Assembly (NCBI GenBank): GCA_963747235.1
Contig: CAVVEU010000029.1
Location: forward strand, 128,001 to 192,000
Length of the DNA stretch: 64,000 bases
Reading direction: 5' to 3'
Origin: an uncultured Candidatus Rokubacteria bacterium
Lineage (GTDB): Bacteria; Methylomirabilota; Methylomirabilia; Rokubacteriales; CSP1-6
A program made the position numbers and the translations under genes. Positions 11,322 through 19,103 of the stretch are shown here, piece by piece. Numbering within the stretch: the first letter of the stretch is position 1; every line of letters begins with the position of its first letter. The notes beneath the pieces are model-generated. The model did not search any database. It worked only from the letters and a program-made list of their open reading frames with translations, and was not told the origin of the DNA.

Positions 11322-11340
11322 ATCATACATCTGCTATCTT
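11322..11340. promoter_or_regulatory. Candidate divergent -10 elements (TGnTATCTT on +, TATGAT on -) between the P450 and TPP-enzyme genes
   Basis: AT-rich patch atcatacatctgctatctt in a short, GC-rich divergent intergenic region. Confidence 0.35.
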
Positions 11341-11381
11341 CTCGGCAACCCCCTCACCGGCAAGCACGGAAAGGACAGGCC

Positions 11382-13029
11382 ATGGCCACGATCACGGGAT
11401 CGGAAGTGCTGGCGCAGGCGCTCAGGTCGCAGGGCGTGGACACGATGTTCTATCTCATGGGCGGCCCCATGCTCGAGACCGAGGCGGCCTGCATCAAGCT
11501 CGGCATCCGCGCCATCGACACGCGCCACGAGCAGGCCGCGGCCCTGGCCGCGCATGCCTGGACGCGCGTGACGCGGCGCCCCGGCGTGGCCATGGGCTGC
11601 TCGGGCCCCGGCGCCATCAACCTGGCCACCGGCGTGGCGAACGCCTTCACCGACTGCGCCCCGCTGATCGCCATCGGCGGGTCGAGCCCGCGCGTGTTCC
11701 TCGGCATGGAGGCCTTCCAGGAGATCGACCAGGTCGCCCTGATGAAGCCCATCACCAAGTGGACGGAGCGCATCTACGACGCCAAGCGCATCCCCGACGT
11801 GGTGGACACCGCGTTCCGCCAGGCGACCACCGGCCGGCCCGGCCCCGTGTACATCGACATGCCGGGCGACATCCTGGGCGAGAAGATCGAGGAGGACCAG
11901 CTCCACTACCCCGGTCCGTGGAAGCCGGCGCCGCGCAGCCTGGGCGATCCGAACGCGGTGCGCGAGGCCATCGCGCTGCTCGCGCAAGGCCGAGCGCCCG
12001 GTGGTCATCGCGGGCAGCGGCGTGTGGTGGTCCGACGGCGCCGCCCAGCTCCAGGCCTTCGTGGAGGCCACCGGCATCCCGTTCTACACCACGCCGATCT
12101 CCCGCGGCCTCATCCCGGAGGATCACGAGCTCGCGTTCCTGAACGCGCGCAGCACGGCCTTCACCGAGGCCGACGTGGTGCTGGTGGTCGGCACGCGGTT
12201 CAACTGGGTGATCCAGTTCGGCCGCCCGCCGCGCTTCGCCGCCGATCTCAAGGTGATCCACGTGGACATCAACCCGACCCAGCTCGGCCACAACCGTGAA
12301 GTGGATGTTCCCATCGTCGGCGACGCGCGCGCGGTGCTGGAGCAGCTCCGCGCGGAGGCCGAGGGCAAGATCACGCCCAAGCGCTACGCGGCCTGGACCG
12401 GCAAGCTGCGCACGCTCGACGCCGAGAAGGGCGCCGAGCAGGACAAGGCCATGAGCCGCGAGGAGACGCCGATCCACCCGCTGCGGCTCTGCAAGGAGAT
12501 CCGCGACTTCATGCGGCGCGACGGCATCCTGGTGGTGGACGGCCAGGAGATCCTGAACTTCGGCCGCCAGGCCATCCCGACCTACGTCGCCGGCCACCGG
12601 CTGAACTCGGGCGCGTTCGGCACGATGGGCGTTGGCCTGCCCTTCGGCGTGGGCGCGAAGGTCGCCAAGCCCGACGCGCAGGTGCTGGTGCTGCACGGCG
12701 ACGGCTCCTACGGCATCAACGCGATGGAGATCGACACCGCGGTGCGACACAAGATCCCGGTGGTCGTCGTCATCAGCAACAACGGCGGCTGGACCGCGGA
12801 CGCGCCGTGGACGCGCCCTCTGCCCAAGCCCGGGCGCAACCTCGGCCACACCCGCTACGACCGCGTGGCGCAGGAGCTGGGCGCGCACGGTGAGTACGTG
12901 GAGAAGCCGCACGACATCCGCCCCGCGCTCGAGCGCGCGTTCGCCTCGGGCAAGCCGGCGGTGGTCAACGTCATCACCGATTCCAAGGCGCGCGCGACGA
13001 CGGTGCGGTTCTCGGCGTACACGACGTAG
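11382..13029 (+). CDS. TPP-dependent enzyme, oxalyl-CoA decarboxylase/2-hydroxyacyl-CoA lyase-like; indel near 11987
   Basis: RHEQAA, SGPG, AFQEIDQ, GRPGPVYIDMPGD, RLNSGAFGTMGVGLP and the GDGSYG...NN TPP motif. Confidence 0.88.
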
Positions 13030-13045
13030 CGGGAGACCCTCGATC

Positions 13046-14242
13046 ATGGCCCAGGCCCTCGACGGGATTCGTGTCCTCGACCTGACCCAGTACGAAGCGG
13101 GCCCGAGCTGCACCCAGATGCTGGCGTGGCTCGGGGCGGAGGTCATCAAGATCGAGCCGCCCACCGGCGAGCCCGGCCGCACCGCGCTGTCCGACAAGCG
13201 CGGCGAGGACGCGTGGTTCTTCCTGCTGCTCAACTCGTGCAAGAAGGGCGTCACGCTCAATCTGAAGTCGGAGCGCGGGCACGCCATGTTCCTCGACCTG
13301 GTGAAGACCGCCGACGTACTGGTCGAGAACATGGGGCCGGGCGCGATGGATCGGCTCGGCCTGGGCTGGGAGGCGCTGCACCAGCTCAACCCGCGGCTGA
13401 TCGCGGCCTCCGTGAAGGGCTTCGGCGGCGGCGGGCCCTACGCCGACTACAAGAGCTTCGAGTGGATCGCCCAGGCCATGGGCGGCGCCATGAGCATGAC
13501 CGGCTCGCCCGACGGCCCGCCGACCAAGGCCATCGGCGGCCTCGCCGACACCGGCGCGGGACTGCACACCGCGATCGGGATCCTGGCCGCCATCATCCAG
13601 CGCCAGGCCACCGGCGTGGGGCAGCAGGTGGAAGTCGCCCAGCAGGAGTCGGTGGTGAACCTCCTCCGCATCCATCTGCGCGAGAGCTACGCCACCGGCA
13701 AGCCGGCCCCGCGCCAGGGCAATCGTTCCGCCGCCGCCGCGCCGTCCAACATCTACCGCTGCCAGCCCGGCGGGCCCAACGACTACGTGTTCATCCACTG
13801 CGCCACCGTGGACATGTGGAAGGCGCTGACGAAGATCGTCGGCCGTCCCGAGATGGCCGACGACACGCGCTACCACGACCGGCGCGACCGCGTGCAGATC
13901 GTGGACGAGATCGACGCGATGATCGAGGCGTGGACCGAGACGCGGACGAAATTCGAGGTGATGGAGATCATGGCCGGCGCCGGCGTCCCCTGCGGCGCGG
14001 TGCTCGACTCCACCGAGATCCTGGCCGACCCGCACATGCGCAAGCGCCGCTTCATCGTGGATCTGGAGCACCCGCGGCGCGGCCCCTATCCGATGCCGGG
14101 CAACCCGGTGCGCCTCTCCGACTCCCCCACCGAGGTCGGCCGCTCGCCTCTTCTGGGCGAGCACAACGCCGACGTCTACGGCCGCCTCCTCGGCTACAAG
14201 CCCGAGGCCGTCGACCAGCTGAAGCGCGACGGCATCATCTAA
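13046..14242 (+). CDS. Class III CoA-transferase (CaiB/BaiF, formyl-CoA transferase-like)
   Basis: LDGIRVLDLT..AGP, GAEVIKIEPP, LLNSCKK, ADVLVEN; catalytic Asp in LADTGAG; PGGPNDYV. Confidence 0.92.
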   Translation: MAQALDGIRVLDLTQYEAGPSCTQMLAWLGAEVIKIEPPTGEPGRTALSDKRGEDAWFFLLLNSCKKGVTLNLKSERGHAMFLDLVKTADVLVENMGPGAMDRLGLGWEALHQLNPRLIAASVKGFGGGGPYADYKSFEWIAQAMGGAMSMTGSPDGPPTKAIGGLADTGAGLHTAIGILAAIIQRQATGVGQQVEVAQQESVVNLLRIHLRESYATGKPAPRQGNRSAAAAPSNIYRCQPGGPNDYVFIHCATVDMWKALTKIVGRPEMADDTRYHDRRDRVQIVDEIDAMIEAWTETRTKFEVMEIMAGAGVPCGAVLDSTEILADPHMRKRRFIVDLEHPRRGPYPMPGNPVRLSDSPTEVGRSPLLGEHNADVYGRLLGYKPEAVDQLKRDGII

Positions 14243-14248
14243 CCCGCA

Positions 14249-14289
14249 CCTCCACCCTCTCCCCTCAGGGGAGAGGGCAGGGTGAGGGG
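14249..14289. repeat. BoxC/REP-like palindromic repeat, copy 1
   Basis: CCCTCTCCCC-tca-GGGGAGAGGG followed by CAGGGTGAGGGG, right after a stop codon. Confidence 0.85.
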
Positions 14290-14309
14290 TGGTCTACAGG
14301 AGAACACCC

Positions 14310-15245
14310 ATGAGCGACAACCGCGCCGTCGTCGTCGACCCCGCCGCCCCCGGCCGCCTCGTCATCCGCGCCGTCCCCGACCCGGTCCCCGATCGCGGCG
14401 AGGCCATCGTTCGCGTACGCGCGATCTCCCTGAATCGCGGCGAGGTCCGCCGCTCCACCATGGCCGCCGCCGGCTGGCGCCCCGGCTGGGACCTGGCCGG
14501 CCACGTGGAGCGCGCCGCCGCCGACGGCACCGGGCCCCAGGTCGGCGCGCGCGTGGTCGGAATCCTGCCGGAAGGCGCCTGGGCCGAGCGCGTGGCCGTG
14601 CCCACGCACGCGCTGGCCGAGCTGCCCGAGAAGGTGACGTTCTCGCAGGCCGCCACCTTCCCGGTGGCCGGCCTCACCGCCCTGCACGCGCTCGGCAAGA
14701 ACGGCCCGCTTCTCGCCCGCCGCGTGCTGGTGACCGGCGCGACCGGCGGGGTCGGCGACTTCGCGGTGCAGCTCGCGCGCCTGGGCGGCGCCCACGTGAC
14801 CGCCAGCGCCCGTCGCGCCGATCAGGTTCCCGCGCTCCGCCAGCTCGGCGCGCACGAGGTGACGGTGGGCGACGAGATCCCGCCCTCGCCCAAGTACGAT
14901 CTGATCGTCGAGTCGGTGGGCGGGCGCACCCTCGGCACCGCGCTGGCGGCGCTGCAGCGCGGCGGCGTCTGCGTCACGCTGGGCGTCTCCGCCTCCGCGG
15001 ATGTCACCTTCGACGCGCGCACGTTCTTCGCCACCGGGCGCAGCACGCTCTACGGGCTCTATCTCTTCAGCGAGCTCGGCGCCGAGCCCGCGTCGATCGG
15101 CCTGCGCCGCCTCGCCGACCTGGTGGCCGCGGGCCAGCTCGCGCCGCACGTCAGCGTGGAGCGCCCGTGGAGCGAGATCGCCCAGGTGGCCGCGGATCTC
15201 ATCGCGCGGAAGTACCCGGGCAAGGCCGTGCTCACGCTCGCCTGA
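14310..15245 (+). CDS. MDR-superfamily NADPH:quinone oxidoreductase-like protein (no Zn ligands evident)
   Basis: VRAISLNRGE, PGWDLAG, VLVTGATGGVG and GKAVL; AGGAG RBS. Confidence 0.88.
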   Translation: MSDNRAVVVDPAAPGRLVIRAVPDPVPDRGEAIVRVRAISLNRGEVRRSTMAAAGWRPGWDLAGHVERAAADGTGPQVGARVVGILPEGAWAERVAVPTHALAELPEKVTFSQAATFPVAGLTALHALGKNGPLLARRVLVTGATGGVGDFAVQLARLGGAHVTASARRADQVPALRQLGAHEVTVGDEIPPSPKYDLIVESVGGRTLGTALAALQRGGVCVTLGVSASADVTFDARTFFATGRSTLYGLYLFSELGAEPASIGLRRLADLVAAGQLAPHVSVERPWSEIAQVAADLIARKYPGKAVLTLA

Positions 15246-15249
15246 TCCG

Positions 15250-16443
15250 ATGCCGCGCCTCGACCGGCTGCCGCCGCTCAACCGCAACAACCTGCTGCTG
15301 CTGCCCGTACAGGTGAACGATACCGCGCCGTTCACGCATCTGGCCCGGCCGCTGTCCGAGTCACGGCTCGCCATCGTCACCACCGCCGGCCTCCACCGCC
15401 GTGGCGACCGGCCGTTCGGGCCGGGCGAGCAAGGCTATCGCGTGATCCCCTCGGACACGCCGGCCGCCGAGATCGTCCAGAGCCACACCAGCCTCGGCTT
15501 CGATCGCGTGCCGACGATGCGCGACCTGAACATCTCGTTCCCGGCGGACCGGCTCCGCGAGCTGGTCACGCGCGGCGAGCTCGGGGCGATGGCGCCGAGC
15601 CACTACTCGTTCATGGGCGCGCTGCGGGATCTCGGGCACATCCAGGACGCGACGGGGCCCGAGGTCGGCCGCCGGCTTCGGGCCGAGGGCGTGGACGCGG
15701 TCCTGATCACGCCCACCTGACCCTTCTGCACGCACACCGGAGGTGTGCTGGCCCGCGCGCTCGAGACCACCGGCCTCGCCACCACGTCCATCAGCATGGT
15801 GCGCGAGCACACCGAGAAGGTGAAGCCCCCGCGCGCGCTCTTCGTGCCGTTCCCCTTCGGCCACGCCCTGGGCCGCCCGGACGATCCGGCCCTCCAGCAT
15901 CGCGTCCTCCGCGCCGCCCTGGATCTCCTTGGCGAGCCGGCCGGCCCGGTGCTCCGCGACTTCCCCGACGACGCGGAGCCGGGCGATCAGCCGGCCGCGC
16001 CCACCCAGGCCTCCGGGATCACGCCCGCGGCAACCATCTCGGAGGATCCCGCGCTCGAGACCGCGCGGATGCGCCAGTACCACGAGCAATGGCTGGCGCG
16101 CAGCGGCGGGCGCACCGCCTTCGGGTTGAGCGGCGTGCCCGCCACGCGCTTCCGCGGTGTGGTGCGCTTTCTCCAGGCCTTCGCGGCCGGCGAGGACGCT
16201 AATCTGGAGGAGCGCCCGACGGAGGTCCCGCTCCCGAACTTCCTCCGCTACTGCGCGGACGACTGGAAGGCGCTCTACTTCGAGGGCCGCATGGTCATGA
16301 AGCCGGGCGCGAGCGGTGACGACGTCGCGCGGTGGTTCTGGGGGGAGACGGCGGCGGCCCAGGTGCTCCGCCGCGTCGGCAAACGGCTGGAGACCTCCGA
16401 GGACCCGCGCTGGAAGGCCGCCGCCTTCGGCGTGGCGCGGTAG
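15250..16443 (+). CDS. Selenoprotein of the PrdB/GrdB (D-proline/glycine reductase B) family, Sec at codon 157, with a C-terminal extension; 397 aa
   Basis: Frame is continuous across TGA 15718-15720: VDAVLITPT-U-PFCTHT..LARALE. PrdB-like motifs lie on both sides (AIVTTAGLH, D.NISFP.DRL.EL, HYSFMG, TGP; PPRALFVPFPFG). SECIS-like hairpin downstream. Confidence 0.88.
15732..15748 (+). promoter_or_regulatory. Bacterial SECIS element (cis-acting Sec-insertion hairpin)
   Basis: GCACACC-GGA-GGTGTGC forms a perfect 7-bp stem with a G-first loop, starting 11 nt after the UGA. Confidence 0.75.
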
Positions 16444-16448
16444 GGTCT

Positions 16449-16480
16449 CCTCACCTACCCTCTCCCCCGAGGGGAGAGGG
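16449..16480. repeat. BoxC/REP-like palindromic repeat, copy 2 (between convergent genes, possible terminator)
   Basis: CCTCACCTA followed by CCCTCTCCCC-cga-GGGGAGAGGG. Confidence 0.8.
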
Positions 16481-16499
16481 AGAGCTTGGGCCTACCGCG

Positions 16500-18101
16500 C
16501 TACTCGCTCAACCACACCCCGTCGAGCTGGCAGTTCAGGAAGTGGCTCGGTGTGATCGTCCAGCCGCGCACCTTGGAGAGGTGCGGCACAATGCGGTTCC
16601 ACTGGAACGTCATGATGAAGTGGACCTCGTCGTCGTAGAGCCGCTTCTCGAAGGTGCGCAGGATCTTCCGGCGCTCCTCGGGGTCGATGGCGCGCGACTG
16701 TCGCGCGTAGAGATCGTCCATCACCGTGTCCTTGTGGCGGCTGAAGTTCACGGGTGAGGTCGTGAGGAACCAGTGCAGGTCCATGTCGGGCTCGACGATG
16801 GAGTTGCACGGAGCGTTGGTGGACACCTCGAAGTCGCCGCTCTTCTGCGCCTGCAGCCACGCGGCGGACTCGAGGGTCACCTGCTTGACGTTGAGACCGA
16901 CCTGGCGCCACTGGTCGATCAGCCAGATGCCCACCGGCTCGTAAGGCTGTGGGACCGCGCGGTTCGTCAGGGTGAAGGACAGGCCCTCCTGGCCGGCCTC
17001 CTTGAGCAGGCGCCGGGCCTCGGCGCGCGCGGCGTTGATGTCGGTCCCGTAGCCCGCCAACTTGGCCAGCTCGTCGGGTGGGGTGGCCCAGGGCGTGCCC
17101 GGCACCTGGATGCCGGCCACATCCTTGACCAGCGCGATGCGGGAGAGGGCCTTCGAGCCCGCGTACCGGTCCAGCGCCAGCGAGAGCGCCCGGCGCACGC
17201 GCTTGTCCTGGAACGGCTTCTTCTCCTGGTTCATCGCCACCTGGATCGAGCAGTTCCAGGGGCTCTCCTGCACGTTGATCTTGTTGCCGAGCGCCTGGAC
17301 CAGGCCATCGCGCTGCGCCGGGGTGAAGCCGCGGAACTGGATCATCGCCCGCTCACCGCGGATGGCCGCCACCTGGGCCCCCGCGTCCTGGATGAAGATG
17401 GCGCGGTAGCCGTCGAGATAGGGCTTGCCCTTGTCCCAGTAGTCGGGGTTCTTCTTGCCCACCCAGTGCGAGCCCCGCACGTATTCCACGAACTTGAAGG
17501 GCCCGGTGCCCATGATGTTCTTCTCGTACCAGTGCGGGTCCTTGGCCAGGATCTCGGCTTTGTAGATGTAGTTCCACGGGGAAGACACGTTGGCGATGAA
17601 CGAGGCCTCCGGGGCCTTCAGCCGGAACACCACCGTGTCGGGGTTCGGGGCCTCCACCGATTCCACGCCCCGGTAGGCCGCCTTGCGGCTCGACACGAGC
17701 CCCGGCCCCGGGAAGATGATCTTGTCGTAGGAGGCCTTCACGTCGGCGGAGGTCATCAGGCTGCCGTCGTGGAACTTCACGCCGCGGCGGATCTTGAACG
17801 TGTAGACGCGCTTATCCGGCGAGACCGTCCAGGACTCGGCGAGGTCGCCGATGAACTTGGTGCCGGTCCGGTCGGTGGGATCCACCCGCATCAGGGTGTT
17901 GTAGTGGGGCCCGGTCGGGTGAAGCATGGCGAACGTTTCTTCGCGATGCCCATCGAAACCGGGCGGCTCGGCCGCGACCACGAAGATCAGCTCGCCGCCG
18001 GAACGGGGTTGCTCCTGTGCAACGGCCGGCGCGGGGGCGCCGAGAGAGAGGACGAGGCCGAGGCAGCCGAGGACCGTCAGTGATCGCGAGAACCGGATCA
18101 T
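16500..18101 (-). CDS. ABC transporter substrate-binding protein, family 5
   Basis: GGAGG RBS before ATG (MIRFSR...) and a signal peptide. Motifs DLAESW, VKFHDG, GTGPF and DKRVRRAL. Confidence 0.92.
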   Translation of the reverse strand: MIRFSRSLTVLGCLGLVLSLGAPAPAVAQEQPRSGGELIFVVAAEPPGFDGHREETFAMLHPTGPHYNTLMRVDPTDRTGTKFIGDLAESWTVSPDKRVYTFKIRRGVKFHDGSLMTSADVKASYDKIIFPGPGLVSSRKAAYRGVESVEAPNPDTVVFRLKAPEASFIANVSSPWNYIYKAEILAKDPHWYEKNIMGTGPFKFVEYVRGSHWVGKKNPDYWDKGKPYLDGYRAIFIQDAGAQVAAIRGERAMIQFRGFTPAQRDGLVQALGNKINVQESPWNCSIQVAMNQEKKPFQDKRVRRALSLALDRYAGSKALSRIALVKDVAGIQVPGTPWATPPDELAKLAGYGTDINAARAEARRLLKEAGQEGLSFTLTNRAVPQPYEPVGIWLIDQWRQVGLNVKQVTLESAAWLQAQKSGDFEVSTNAPCNSIVEPDMDLHWFLTTSPVNFSRHKDTVMDDLYARQSRAIDPEERRKILRTFEKRLYDDEVHFIMTFQWNRIVPHLSKVRGWTITPSHFLNCQLDGVWLSE

Positions 18102-18110
18102 GTCCACCTC

Positions 18111-18156
18111 CGATGGTGGGTTGGCGATGGTGGGTTGGCGATGGTGGGTTGGCGAT
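18111..18156. repeat. 14-bp tandem repeat (CGATGGTGGGTTGG) x3 plus a partial copy
   Basis: Read directly; it fills the intergenic space between the LLM stop and the SBP RBS. Confidence 0.9.
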
Positions 18157-19101
18157 CTACCGCTTGAGGCGGGGCAGCAGGCGAGCGGCCGCTTCGTCCA
18201 CCTGGGCGAGCTGATCGCCGCCCGCGAAGCGCAGCGCCAGGTGCCGGGCGCCCGCGTCGATCCAGCGCTGGAGCCACTCCACCGCGCCCTCGATGGGGCC
18301 GGCATACGTGGCCTGGCGTGCCTTGATCGCTCGCGCGGGCGCGGCGTAATAGTGCTCGAGGAACGCGTCGAGCCGCTTCTCCGCCGCCGCCGCGCTGGGA
18401 TCGAGCGCGAGCGTGAGGTAGGCCGCGCCGGTCACCGCGTCGGGGGCGCGGCCGGCCGCGCGCGCCGCCGCCTGCACGCCGGGGAACTTCTCGGCGAAGA
18501 ACTCGACGCCGGGCCCGGTGGGAAACCACGCGTCGAAGCGCGCGGCCTCGCGGAGCGCGGTGGGCCCGTTGCCGCCGATCCAGATCGGCGGGCCGCCCGG
18601 CCGGTGCGGCTTGGGCTCCACGGTGGCGCCGTCGAGCGTGAAGTGCTTGCCCGCGAAGCTCACGTTGTCGCGCTGCCAGAGCGCGCGGCAGATCTCGATG
18701 GTCTCGAGGAAGCGGCCCACGCGGCGCTCCCACGGAACGCCCAGGTGGGTGAACTCCTTCCGGCTGGCCGGGTTGTCGCCCACGATGCCGACGCCCAGGA
18801 TCACCCGTCCCTCGGCCAGGCGATCCACGGTCGCGATCAGGTGCGCCAGCACCACCGGGCGGCGTAGCGCGGGCAGCAGCACGCCGGTGCCGATGCGCAC
18901 CCGCCGGGTCCGCGCCGCGATGGCGGCCATCAGGGTCAGCGGCTCGTGCCGCGGCTTGGCGGTGATCGAGTCGCCGATCCAGACCGAGTCGAAGCCCGCG
19001 GCCTCCGCGCGCTCGGCCATGGCCAGCAGCGGGCCCGTCTCCGGGCGGTCCGACATGATCGCCTCGCGGGTGGGAATCAGTACGCCGAATTCGACCGGCA
19101 T
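18157..19101 (-). CDS. LLM-class (flavin/F420-type) oxidoreductase
   Basis: MPVEFGV, AGFDSVWIGD, RVRIGTGV, PKP...PPIWIGG; AGGAGG RBS. Confidence 0.88.
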   Translation of the reverse strand: MPVEFGVLIPTREAIMSDRPETGPLLAMAERAEAAGFDSVWIGDSITAKPRHEPLTLMAAIAARTRRVRIGTGVLLPALRRPVVLAHLIATVDRLAEGRVILGVGIVGDNPASRKEFTHLGVPWERRVGRFLETIEICRALWQRDNVSFAGKHFTLDGATVEPKPHRPGGPPIWIGGNGPTALREAARFDAWFPTGPGVEFFAEKFPGVQAAARAAGRAPDAVTGAAYLTLALDPSAAAAEKRLDAFLEHYYAAPARAIKARQATYAGPIEGAVEWLQRWIDAGARHLALRFAGGDQLAQVDEAAARLLPRLKR

Positions 19102-19103
19102 CG

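Noticed and set aside
15001-16443. Two-gene model (15001..15720 and 15745..16443), with GGAGG at 15739 as RBS for GTG 15745
   Set aside because: GGAGG is only 1 nt from the GTG and lies inside the hairpin, the split would cut the U-x-x-C active site, and 15001-15249 overlaps the MDR gene.
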